Assembly: GCA_032718475.1 (NCBI GenBank)
Contig: JAUCBJ010001423.1
Location: 1 to 52,000, forward strand
DNA: 52,000 nucleotides
Direction of reading: 5' to 3'
Source of the DNA: Nemertoderma westbladi
Lineage: Eukaryota; Animalia; Xenacoelomorpha
Shown: one piece after another, positions 1 to 11,970 of the stretch
Layout: each line of letters begins with the position of its first letter
How positions within the stretch are numbered: position 1 is the stretch's first letter
Translations under genes and position numbers: made by a program
Notes under the pieces: generated by a model
Database searches by the model: none
The model's input: only the letters and a program-made list of their open reading frames with translations
Told to the model about the DNA's origin: nothing

Positions 1-1774
1 CATATTGAAATATATATCATATTGAAATGATAACTAAAGGTGACTTAATATTGATGCGGGGGGGGGGGGGGGGGGGGTATCTGCGCGTTTCATATTTTGT
101 CGGCGCGCTATCCGGCGCTTTTTGATGGATTCCATACAGAAAGTATAGTAGTAGTAGTAATACATGTATACTGTAAAGTAGTACCGTAACGTAAGTAAGC
201 CTAGCAAACAGAGACAACTACTGCACTACAGGCTGACAGGACTACAGCGGCTGTTGCTGTGTTGGGAGGCCTACAGTACAGCAGTATGTCTGTAGTCTGT
301 ACAGTGCACAGTGTACCTACCTGCCTACTGACCTACGTACATACAGCTCTAGGCACAAAACGTGAATTCACAAAACTAAACATGAATATCTGAATATATC
401 AGCAGCATACTGGTGTACTGGCATAGCTCAGTTAGTTTCACATACACATGACCCATGACTGCGCATCTGTGCATGAGAATACCGTTACTGCGGAAGTGCA
501 TACTGCATAGACCAGTTGTAGACGTAGAATTCGGTAGGTTTGGTTAGATCCGTTGCCTATTTCACATTCACATCACAGTTTCGGCATTTCCGCATTTGCA
601 CTAATTCATTCCCATTGGCAGATTGGTATTACCGCCTACCGGTAGCGATTCATTTAAAACACACAGACTCAGACACATGTATTCGGAGTATCGTATCAGT
701 TCAGTACCGCTAGCTGTACCGGTACCAACCATACTGAGAGACTGTGATTGACGTAAGTCTGTAAGTAAGCCTACTGGCTGACAGGAAACTAGTGAATCTT
801 ACTTTATTTTCGGTTGCATTTTTGCGTTTCATGAGAACACGAAAGACCAAATTGCTAAACTGCCACCAGCCAGCCAGCCACCGATCAACCGATAGTTGCG
901 CATGTTTACTGAGGATGTTCTGAATGTTAAAGTGAGCGCTGCCGGTAGCGTTGCGAGCTTATGACCAGGGACCAGCAGTCACAACGAATATATCAGAGTT
1001 CGTATATCCAGACATATAGTCCTTTCACCTCTCTGCCTCTGTCGCCGCGTAAAACTCCATGGGTTAGCTAGCGAACTTCCATGGATTGTAGATTAGGATA
1101 ATCGTCTTCTCGGGAAACTTATGGATAGGCCTATGGAAGTGTTAGAATTTACCAAATGCAAATACAATAATTTTAGCTACAAGTTAATGTTTAAGTATTA
1201 GGTACCGGCTGACCGGTACCGGTAGTTATAATTAATTAAGTTGCAAAAGTTTGCTTTGGCAGTGTGGCGAAGAAAGGACGTGTGCATTACTTTCTCAAGT
1301 GTGAAGTTTGATGCGTATGAACGGTAGTAATTTCATACAACCACAACCGTACATAGTTCCCACTTCCCAGTACCTCAGAGCCGAGCACACTCTGTGTCTT
1401 TAATTGACACCTATACCACATACCAGTACTAATAGTGTAATAATATATTTAATATATCCTAAAACTTGAATCATAGAACCGTTATCTGTCTAGTTATAAT
1501 CCCAAATCAGTGATGTGCCCCATTTTATTTATTCCAATACCTCTTTGGTAAAATTATAATTCGAATATATAATAAGTTTTATTAATTCAGAAGTTCTGGC
1601 ACTCATGTCCTGTCCATGTGCCTTATCTTCATCTGAATCGTATTATTACGAATTTGTCGAGATGTTGGTGTTCTAATTGCATGTTTTTCATCATCGCTCA
1701 GTTCTACGAATAGCCCAAATATTACCTTTGGTCTTGGTGGTCACTTCCTTTCCTAATTCCGGTCCTACGAATTA

Positions 1775-2055
1775 CCGCAAAAGACCGCAAAAGACCAAAA
1801 AAGACCGCAAAAGACCACAAAAGACCGCAAAATACCACAAAAGACCGCAAAAGACCATAAAAGACCGCAAAAAACCACAAAAGACCGCAAAAAACCACAA
1901 AAGACCACAAAAGACTGCAAAAGACCACAAAAGAACAGAGAAGGCATGGATATACTGCAAGACGAATTACCGCAAAAGACCGCAAAAGACCACAAAAGAC
2001 CGCAAAAGACAGCAAAAGACCGCAAAAGACTGCAAAAGACCACAAAAGAGCACCA
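1775..2055 (+). repeat. Tandem decamer array (CC[G/A]CAAAAGA)n in the left arm of the 1760-3566 element
   Basis: More than 20 copies of a 10-bp unit, read directly. It explains the repetitive ORFs at 1677-2063. Confidence 0.95.
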
Positions 2056-2591
2056 AGAAGTGAAAATTTAGTATTAGCGAGTGTCAGGCGCAGTCAGGCA
2101 GTCAGGTCAATGTATAGAAGTTTTGTAGACCTACATTATGAATCAGACTGTCTGATCTGAAATTATTATACAGTACATTGTCATAATGTATTAATTAGAT
2201 TTTGATACAGTTCAACAATTATTTCACAACTTATTATTGTTTTAGGTTTGCTGGGTGGAAATGTGGGAAGGTGGATGGGAATGTGAATGTGGGAATCAAT
2301 AAACGCTGTTGTTACCTACCAATTTAAGGAAAGGAGCAGGTTACAGCGGCAGCATTCTAACCAAAACAATAAACTATGTTGTTAACGGTACCAACCACAG
2401 TACAAATTGAGTGAAAGTAGCAGAGGATCGGACAGCCACAGCACAATGATCGGTGAACAAAACAAGCCCAAAACAAACAAGCCAATAAAAACAAAGAAGA
2501 CAATGAGCGAGATGGCTAAATACAAAATATTGTAGTTAAAAAGTACTGTATAAGTTTGGTATGGTATGGTCAATGGTCATTATGTGATTGC

Positions 2592-2700
2592 GGGTCTGCC
2601 AAACACCCAACTTTCACCCAACTCAGCAACTACACCCCACTTCCGCCCAACTACACAACTTTCACCCAACTACACCCAACTGTATCCAACTTACACCAAA
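2592..2700. repeat. Probable single end of a related TIR element with CACCCAACT-type ~10-bp repeats
   Basis: GGGTCTG start followed by tandem CACCCAACT variants. No partner end found. Confidence 0.45.
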
Positions 2701-3905
2701 TTATACTGTATAGCACCCAACTTCCACAAATTATAATAATGTACAGTAACAAACTCTGAACTTCTTTGAGGAGTTGCTGAGATATGAGCTTTTTAAAAGC
2801 TTCATGTACTGTATTTTGCACCCACTGCGGAGCAATTTATGAAAATACTGTAACAAACTAACGTTTATATTTATTGCAGGTTGGTTCTAGAATAATTGAT
2901 GAATTTAACAATAAATATACAAAGGAGAGACCGAGACTATTGGCGAACGATCCAGATACCTACAGATGTCTACAGTACATATACCACTCACCAAAATCCC
3001 AACCTAATGAAGCTACATGTATAAACTAAACTGGCGCTGTGGGATTGCGGTGGAAATGAAAACGGTATTGATATACAGGAGGGTCACACTGTTAACGACG
3101 AAATCGCATTGGAAACTTTTGTTGTAAGGAATGACAATGTTTATAATAAGTACAAATTTAATGGACATAATTTCTATATTATACAGTACTGTATGTTTAA
3201 TGCAATTATAATAATGTAATTATCTTTTATGTATCATAGAATACAAGAAAAAAACTAAGCAGCTTTATTTTAAAAATCATGGCCTTTATATTAATTAATA
3301 ATAATTTATAACAAAACAACAGAAAGAATTTTATAACTTTTTACATTTTTGATAAACTAAAATGGGATCTGGTAAGATCTGTACAGATCAAGAGAAATTC
3401 TGCAAAGAACTTATGATTCACTTCTTATTATCATTACTTCTTATTCTTTCTTATTATTATCATTCTTATTATGATTCACATATATGCCAAAATGGACAAG
3501 ATCTTTACAACAAATGCCAAAATGGACAAGATCTTTTGCGGTCTTTTGCGGTAATTCGTAGGACCCCCTAATTCAAACTGCTACACTAAATGTATAGTCA
3601 AAACTCAAAATTGATGTTCCATCTGCCTCTTCCAGTAATCTGCTTCTTTCCTTATTTGGTGTGATTTGGTTTGTGAAATCTAGTTACTGATCATATGATG
3701 TGTTTTGGTTCCATCTAACTGTCACTATAACCTACTCTTTTCCCTTACAATGTCATGCAACTTTAGAAGAAGGCTCTTATATCAGCTATTTATTTAAATG
3801 GAATTACATAAAATTCATAACAGAGAGCTAAATTAAGACACTATATATATTCCCGTACATGCTGTACATTTCTGCATTTGTCCGATTGTACATCATGATA
3901 ATATT

Positions 3906-4722
3906 TAGGGGTCAACCGAAAGTGAAATGTTGCCGGATCCGAATCCGAAGCGAATGTTTCGAAAATTGCCGAATCCGAACCGCATGTTTAAGTTTGGCAG
4001 TTTGTACCCCAAATTATCAAACATACCGAAACAATAACAAAACCCTCTCACACCTCTTCTATAAAATAATCACAAGTTGTGTATCGTCACTGCATTAGCA
4101 GTCCTTTTCCTGATTACCGTTTTCATCAGTTTGTAAAGTTACGATAGAGTAATAGACATAAAGTCAGCAAAGTAGTTGACATTGTAGTGTTTTGGTAGTG
4201 CCCCATGTTCATATCCTCCTATTTTCATTGCACTCTCTCACTGACCACTGTCATCAATCAGATTTGCTAAGGCAAGTACTACTCATGTACTCAAATGTAC
4301 ATATACTAGAATCAGGCCGATCAGCCATCAACAGGCTGTAATGTTTAAGTTCTAATTTGCACTTTCTGAGTTTATTAAAAGGCAGAAAGGAGCAATTGGA
4401 TGAGTATTGAGACAGTGCAGTGATTTACGTTACAGTTATTACTTTACTGGTAGGCCTGTCTGTAGTAGGTACCGTAACTTATCTTATTGTTCTACCTTAT
4501 TTTGCTAAGATTTAATGACCTTACCTTGCTGTCCTGGCACTAACAAAATATATAATTATTAATTTTAACTAAAAAACATTCATTTCTAGCCGTTGTGTTA
4601 GGAACATTTAGCATTGAAATACACTGAAAAACAACGAAAACATTCGGTAAAAATTCGGCACATTTTATGCCGGAGCCGAATGTACCATATTCGGCCGAAT
4701 CCGAATATTCGGTCGAGCCCTA
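3906..4722. mobile_element. hAT-like MITE
   Basis: TIRs TAGGGGTCAACCGAA / TTCGGTCGAGCCCTA (13/15 match) with subterminal CCGAAT/ATTCGG repeats. TAGGG termini are typical of hAT. No clean TSD. Confidence 0.65.
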
Positions 4723-4838
4723 AATCTTATTACAGAAGGTACTCCAGCACCCTGAATTGTATATACAATAGGCCTGGTATATAATCAAATAATCTTTATT
4801 ATTGGAATTTATTGATACAGTTTATTATAGATTTGAAA

Positions 4839-7076
4839 ATGAATCAACATGTTAATGTATTGGAAGATAAATCATCTGGTGCCGATATAATTATAAAGAA
4901 AGAATCAACCGACTCTATAATTATAAATAAAGACCCAACAGACTCTATTATCATCAAGAAAGAACCAAGAGACTCAATAATTATCAAGAAAGAACCAACA
5001 GACTGTGTTCTCTATTCTCATGAACTTAAACAAGATAACTGCGTTTACAGATCATCTCCCATCGAAGATCACAACAATTTGTCCGTTGGAGTAGATGTTG
5101 TCCCTGTAATAGATGACGAAGATATTTCTTATGCACCATCTCGAGATTCCTTTGTTATCGAAAAACGGGAAAACGACAGTCCAGATTGTCATTATGGTAG
5201 GCCTATTGAAACTGAAGGTACAAACATTCATGGTCAGCCTGCTTCTGGGTTGCAATTTAGCAGTTTAAAATCTGAAGGTTGTTTAGTTACTGAGCCATTA
5301 ACAGAAACTCGAACTGCTAAAGAACAATTTAACGTTGCTGGTTCCTCTCGTGACAACGTTGATCTTTACAGATCTACTAAACCGACAATCAGTTGTGCAA
5401 CAACAGAGACTGTTAGTTCAAATAAAACTGTTGGAGAGTTGGTATTTTCTTCAGGTACCAGTTACTGCTTCTATTGCAATGAATTATTTAATGACAAAGG
5501 ACATTTAGAGAGACATATAGAATCCGTTCATAAAGAAGTGAAGAAGAAGTATAAATGCGATTATTGTGAGAAACTGTTTACAAGTAAGAGTTATGTGAAT
5601 ATTCATATCGATTTTATCCATAAAGATGTCAAACATAAATGCGGTTATTGTAATAAAGAATTCAGTTACAAAAGCAACCTAAAGTGCCACACCGACTCTG
5701 CCCATGAAGGTATCAAGTACAACTGCTTCGATTGTGGAATATTATTTGATACCAAATCCGGTCTAAGACGACATATCGACTCCAACCATGAAGGCAGTAA
5801 GTATAATTGCGGTTATTGTGGTAAAGAATGCAGTCAGCAAAGGTATCTAAAGGCCCATGTCAACTACATTCATAAAGATGTAAAGTACAGCTGGTTTGAT
5901 TGTGATAAATCATTTGGTACAAGAAGTAATCTAAAAAAACATATCGACTCCTTTCACAAAGGTATCAAGTACAGCTGCTCCAATTGTGGGAAATCGTTTC
6001 GTACAAAATACGCCCTTAAGCGACATGTCGGCTCTTACCATAAAGATATCAAACATAAATGCGGTTATTGTAATAAAGAATTCAGTTACAAAAGCGCCCT
6101 TAAGCGCCACATTGGCTCTGTCCATGAAGGTATTAAGTATAACTGCTTCGATTGTGGAAGATTATTTGATACTAAAATCTGCCTAAAACAACATGTCGAC
6201 TCTATCCATAAGGGAATTAAATATAACTGCGGTTATTGTAATAAAGAATTCATTAAGCAAAGGTATCTAAAGGTCCATGTCAATTACTTTCATAAAGATA
6301 TCAAGTACAGCTGCTTTGATTGTGATAAATCATTTGCTACAAAAAGTGATCTAAAAAAACATATCGACTCCATTCACAAAGGTATCAAGTACAGCTGCTT
6401 TGATTGTGATAAATTATTTGTTACAAAAAGCGGTTTACAAAAACATATCGACTCCATTCACAAAGGTATCAAGTACAGCTGTTTCGATTGTGGGAAATCG
6501 TGTGGTAGTAAAGCCGATCTAAAAAAACATATCGACCCCATTCACAAAGGTATCAAGTACAGCTGTTTCGAATGTGGGAAATCATTTGTTACAAAAGCCG
6601 CCCTAAAACTTCATGTCGATTCTATTCATAAAGATATCAAGTACAGCTGCTCCGATTGTGGAAAATCGTTTGGTTCAAAAAATTATCTAAAACGACATAT
6701 CGACTCCATTCACAAAGGTATCAAGTACAGCTGTTTCGATTGTGGGAAATCATATGTTACAAAGGCCGCCCTAAAACGACATGTCGACTCTATTCATAAA
6801 GGAATTAAATATAACTGCGGTTATTGTCATAAAGAATTCATTAAGCAAAGCTCCCTAAAGTTCCATGTCAACTACTTTCATAAAGATATCAAGTACAGCT
6901 GCTTTGATTGTGGGAAATCATTTGTTACAAAAGCCGCCCTAAAAATTCATGTCGACTCTATTCATAAAGATATCAAGTACAGCTGCTCCGATTGTGGAAA
7001 ATCCTTTGTTACAAAACCCAGTCTAAAACGACATGTTGTCTCTAAACATAACTCAAACCAAATTTCACCCACATAG
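4839..7076 (+). CDS. C2H2 zinc-finger protein, copy A (19 tandem fingers, one with C>W; N-terminal IIIKKE repeats)
   Basis: Open frame with repeated CxxC-x12-H-x4-H units at 28-aa spacing and K/E-G/D-I-K-Y linkers. First ATG is at 4839, just after an acceptor-like TTTATTATAG, so this is probably an internal or terminal exon. Confidence 0.93.
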   Translation: MNQHVNVLEDKSSGADIIIKKESTDSIIINKDPTDSIIIKKEPRDSIIIKKEPTDCVLYSHELKQDNCVYRSSPIEDHNNLSVGVDVVPVIDDEDISYAPSRDSFVIEKRENDSPDCHYGRPIETEGTNIHGQPASGLQFSSLKSEGCLVTEPLTETRTAKEQFNVAGSSRDNVDLYRSTKPTISCATTETVSSNKTVGELVFSSGTSYCFYCNELFNDKGHLERHIESVHKEVKKKYKCDYCEKLFTSKSYVNIHIDFIHKDVKHKCGYCNKEFSYKSNLKCHTDSAHEGIKYNCFDCGILFDTKSGLRRHIDSNHEGSKYNCGYCGKECSQQRYLKAHVNYIHKDVKYSWFDCDKSFGTRSNLKKHIDSFHKGIKYSCSNCGKSFRTKYALKRHVGSYHKDIKHKCGYCNKEFSYKSALKRHIGSVHEGIKYNCFDCGRLFDTKICLKQHVDSIHKGIKYNCGYCNKEFIKQRYLKVHVNYFHKDIKYSCFDCDKSFATKSDLKKHIDSIHKGIKYSCFDCDKLFVTKSGLQKHIDSIHKGIKYSCFDCGKSCGSKADLKKHIDPIHKGIKYSCFECGKSFVTKAALKLHVDSIHKDIKYSCSDCGKSFGSKNYLKRHIDSIHKGIKYSCFDCGKSYVTKAALKRHVDSIHKGIKYNCGYCHKEFIKQSSLKFHVNYFHKDIKYSCFDCGKSFVTKAALKIHVDSIHKDIKYSCSDCGKSFVTKPSLKRHVVSKHNSNQISPT

Positions 7077-7509
7077 ATTCTATAAACCCACACCACCAAA
7101 CCCACATAAATCTTTATGTTACCGGTAACGAAATTGTTGTATTTGTTTATACTGAACTATTTTTTAATTTTATAATTGACTACAGTTTAGTGTTACAACG
7201 GGATCCCGATGGAAAATTATATTATAGGAAGGGATCTAGGGGTCTTAACCTCGAATGATAAGTTTATTTTACGGAAAATAACTTATCTTTTATTGGTGCA
7301 ATTGTTACACAATTGTTACTATAAATAATAGAAGGGACACTTGTTGCTTTTTATTGAATAGGATAAACATTTTTATGTGGCAGCGATTCTGTCAGACTGC
7401 AGTGAAGTAGATAGGCCTATATTAAAAATGTTGCAGAAATTATTTTAAAAACTTACGTGAAATGAAATATGTACGTGGGAAATAAACTAATTGTATGTCG
7501 ATCATTTAA

Positions 7510-8639
7510 GGAGTTCACCGAGAAGGGTAAAATTTGGACGTTTTTTATTATTAATTTTATCTAATACAGAATTTTACGGTGATTTTAATGGTGAAATCTG
7601 CATCGCTATACGACTTTTAGTTTTTGAGATACAGCTATTTAAATATTCCACTAATTTAATAAAATTGTTAGTTAATATAATAAATATATTTAAATAACTA
7701 AATATATCTCTAATTCTTAACTATTTTCTAATTATCACTGCAGAAATGGATTCAGCGTAATTTTTAAACCTGAGAACATGTCTTAATTATCGATTATAAC
7801 CAATTGGTTATTGATTATTGACATAATAAATATTAACCAAGAGGAGATGGTTTAGCGCGAAATTCAAACTCAAATGGTTACCTGCATTTTTCTCAAATGT
7901 GCTTATTTTTTACTAAAAATCTATATTTCCTCTGCCATTTCTTAACGGATTTCAATTTTATTTGTGGGAGGTTGTAGCTGAGGATTGTGTCTACAGAATA
8001 CGGATTTTCAAAATTTTGCCTCAGTCAGAAGTTATAATAGCCATAAATAAGCAGCCATAAATCAAAATTAATGAAAAATGACATTTGTGACGTCATAAAT
8101 TTTGATTGCAGCAAAATTTACTTGAAAATCTGTCCCATATTCTGTAGACACAATCTTTACCTACAATGTCCAACAAACAGAATCGAAATCCGTTAACAAA
8201 TGGCGGAGGAGATAGATTTTTAGTAAAAAATAAATATATTTGAGAAAAATGCAGATAAACATTTGAGTTTGAATTTCGCGCTAAAAATCTCTTATTGTTA
8301 AATATTTATTATGTCATAATCAATAACCAATTGGTTATAATCGATAATTAAGACATGTTCTAAGGTCTAAAAATTACGCTGAATCCATTTCTGCAGTGAT
8401 AATTAGAAAATAGTTAAGAATTAGATATATATTTAGTTATTTAAATATATTTATTATATTAACTAACAATTTTATTAAATTAGTGGAATATTTAAATAGC
8501 TGTATCTCAAAAACTAAACGTCGTATAGCGATGCAGATTTCACCATTAAAATCACCGTAAAATTATGTATTAGATAAAATTAAAAATAAAAAACGTCAAA
8601 ATTTTACACTTCTCGGTGAACCCCCCCCCCCCCCCCCCC
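7510..8639. mobile_element. Foldback non-autonomous element, Kolobok-like
   Basis: About 500-bp inverted arms around a short spacer, GG...CC termini, TTAA on both sides (7506-7509, 8640-8643). RR termini with a TTAA TSD fit Kolobok. Confidence 0.8.
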
Positions 8640-9720
8640 TTAAGAAAAAAGAAAACAATTTAAAAATTAAAATTGACATCGGAAATGGTATCAGCGACTA
8701 GGAAAACCCCATATCATAAATTATACTAAAGTGGTGTGCTTACTTATTTATTGTCTGTCGTCTGTGAGATTGACAGTCAGACAGACAAACAAACAGTCCA
8801 GATGTCATCAAACATTAAAACAGATATCAGAAATGAAATCAACGACTACGAAAACCTCTAAATCGTAAATTTTGGTTCGTTGGAGTTGTTAATAGTAACA
8901 CTAAGGTACAGTACTAAGAAAAGGTGCTTAATAATAAATGCTGTGCCTTTTATATTCGACGTTATGTCATTTACTTCGAAATTCACAGTGAGCTTTGCAT
9001 GATTTTTAAGTAATGACAATGTTGTCAGATAACCCTGCCTCAACCCTTCCAATTTTTTTTTATACTAGCTAGTTTTTAAAAAGTTAAAAAATAGGAAAAT
9101 TGAAGAACTATTTCTGTTCCAGAATATGTTTGCAAAGTATGCAATTAGCACAGTATATACCTAGTAAAAATCCCCGTCCAATCTACAATTCCACTAGATA
9201 AAGTTTCCTTGATTTTTATATAATATATTCTAGAACATAGTTATCTACATTCATCGAATATAATATTTTTCATGGTACAGTAACGCTTTCAAATAACGTC
9301 CTATTGGATCCTAATAGGATCCTAATAGGAACCTAATAGGAAATAAAATTTATTTCCTATTAGGTTCCTACAGTATTAGGATCCAATCCAAGTGATTTCC
9401 AAAAGGTTATTTAATAACCTTTTGGAAATCACTTGGAATTTGCCTAATGCAAGTCTACCTAGAGCGGCTAAATATAAAAGCTGAGAAGTGTCTGTCAATC
9501 AACCTCCTGGGATAGCTGAATGTAGTAAAGAGAGCCGCTTTGTCTAGTGGCTGAGTTGTACTGTATTTCCCTTCCCCCGACTTATCTTACAACAACGATA
9601 CTCCCCATAGGCTAATGTTAAATATGCAAAGTACACACTACTGGCTGTAACTCACATCTGGACAAATTAACTACCACTATACGGTAAAGGTAACGCCGCT
9701 TGTGTAAAATAGGCCCGCCA

Positions 9721-11970
9721 ACACGTTGAGTGAGCCTCAACAAGTACCGGTAGTTGGGCTGCTAAAGCGTAATCTGATTGTATTCGGACGTTAAACTTTT
9801 AATAATTTTATTTAAATTATTGTGCGAACTTTTTAGATCTGGCGATTTTACCCTTTCCATGGTATAATAAATATAATTTATAATTAATATTAATATCAAT
9901 ATGCCAAGAGGATAAGTTTGTTACAAACCGCCCTAGCCCTCATAGTCCCCAGCCCTCCTTGGGGACTAATCAATGACTTACAATTGGCCGAACGGAAATT
10001 CAACTACACAATGAGATACAGCGTGTTAGGCAGTAAGTGGGCTGCTAATAATTAATAGCCCATATTTATTTTTAAGACTATAATAATAATTGAACACCCA
10101 ATTATCTACCCCTTTAACTCCTCTTACAGCAAGCAGTGTTTGTATAGTAAGCAGAATGTCAATGTGTATAGGAAATAAAAATTTCCCGTGGAGAACATAC
10201 ATTTATTTAGTCGCCCAGTTTTAGCCCCTGTCTAATTATTAATTAAACTAATAAATGAAAATAAACTAATATTGATTCTATTAATAATTACACAAACATT
10301 GTGTTTTACCCTTTATTATTCTAAATATGTTCAATAGTAATAAATACACGTTCGTGGGGCCTTCGCGCAGCACGAGGCCCAGTTATGAGATACAAATTAA
10401 AATTGTGCGACTGTATCACAAAATCAGGTTATGAGAGATTATCCCACACCACCAATTAATCAAAGAAAGGGGGACAGTACGTGTTCACCCCTTTTAATCT
10501 GCACCCCCCCCACCCCCCTCCCCCCACCCACCAATACGTAACTGCGACATCTACCACCCACGGAAGGGTAGCACGAACTTATTTCCAAACGCACGTTCAA
10601 TATGCAAAGCCAGGTGGTTTATAGGAATATAATCAATGCAGTACTCTTCTTCATTATAAGCCTCTTTGCGTTCGACCTGTTTTGTATTAAAATATATTTA
10701 TTAAACGCAGGCTGACGCTCTTTATAATAATAATACCTAGGGATGCCAACTTCCAGACTTTCAATCTTTACTGCCGCGCAAACCCCGCAGAGGAAGTTTT
10801 GGTTTGAGAGATCAAGCCCATCGGCAATTGGTGTTTCAATTTCGGTCCAGGAACTCTGACAATGGGAGCATTCAATCTTAGCTGTGGTCCATTCCCGTGG
10901 TTTCGGCTTCCTTTTCTTCGTCCCAATGACAGATTCTTCTGAAGGCGTTCGATTCGCTTTCAGTTTATTGTTGGCGTTTGTGTTTTGAAATTGTATTCGA
11001 GTGGACAGTCGCGCCGGTTTCGAGGTAACCATACCGACCTGTGATAAGCGTTGGTTTTGTTGAGTGCCGGTATTCATCTTCTCTCACCTCTTCAATGTCA
11101 GATGTTGCAAATACTGATAACACGAATAACGGTAAATATTTCAATACTTGTCAATAGTAATATAGATAATTTAGATAACTATTTTATATCTGTACTGTTG
11201 AGCAAACTCTACATAAATTCCAACCTGTGTATCGCCGGTAGTGCTGTTGCTGTGCAAGCAAGTGCTGAAGTGCTAGTTGCCACCGGTCAACCGGTTCCGG
11301 TAGTAGGGTGGTAGCTACGGTGCGCACTACAACGGCAGTACAGCAATACGGTGTACCGTGCCAATGACTGAATGATTAGCGTTAACTATCTAAACTATTA
11401 TATTATTATTACCGGTACTGGGCTAATTAGGCCTAAACTATAATCACCGCAAGGGTTGCCGGCGCCGGGGCCATGTTTAATTAGATTACATGATATGGCA
11501 TGTCTGCAGTGTATGGTACCGGCTGACCAGTATTGCAGTATTGAGTGATTGCAGGATTCTCGATTCAAGGATTGAGTACAGCCTGACAGTACCGGTACAC
11601 ATGGTACATGCAGATTGGCAGACAGCCCCAATCTGCCAATGTATTGCAAAATTTGTCAGAAACCCAGCTGATTTATCCTACAGTAATAATAATTTAACAC
11701 ATTTTAAATTTGGATAAATAAATTTATTATAACTGCAATAACAGTTACACTGATGCTGCACGAAGGCCCCACGCAAATTCTACTTGGAAAATTTTCATAC
11801 TTTTGCCAAACAACATGTGTACCAAGTTTGGATAGATTTCATCAAGGATTGGCCCGGTTGGCCGAGTTATTAACGTTTAAAATAAAATACTGAAAAAAAA
11901 AACGCGACAGAACGACAGGTTCATTAATGGTACCCCTACGCTAAGGCTCACTCACTTCGTGGCTCGCCCC
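9721..11970. mobile_element. Possible Helentron/HINE-like element nested in the Tc1/mariner-like element
   Basis: 11-bp inverted subterminal pair TGAGTGAGCCT (9727-37) / AGGCTCACTCA (11944-54), followed by a short GC-rich terminal segment. A second 20-bp inverted pair lies at 10353-10372 / 11754-11773. Confidence 0.35.
10619..11077 (-). pseudogene. Truncated ORF with a CxxC...CxxC (PHD-like) motif, resembling the N-terminus of a LINE ORF1
   Basis: IECSHC-x~24-FLCGVCAAVKIESLE after a basic stretch. The frame then runs into AT-rich sequence. Confidence 0.35.

Larger units (their letters stand above)
1760..3566. mobile_element. Non-autonomous TIR DNA transposon with 10-bp subterminal repeats (Merlin/MULE-like, superfamily uncertain)
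   Basis: Left end cGGTCCTACGAATTACCGCAAAAGACCGCAAAAGA is the reverse complement of right end TCTTTTGCGGTCTTTTGCGGTAATTCGTAGGACCc. 8-bp TSD CCTAATTC at 1752-1759 and 3567-3574. Confidence 0.85.

Noticed and set aside
1677-2063. K/R-rich ORF and antisense hydrophobic ORFs
   Set aside because: They are translation products of the 10-bp tandem array in a transposon arm.
4812-4838. TTG/GTG start extensions in the ORF track (also 30586 and 47425)
   Set aside because: These are eukaryotic genes, so the first ATGs were used (4839, 30613, 47446).
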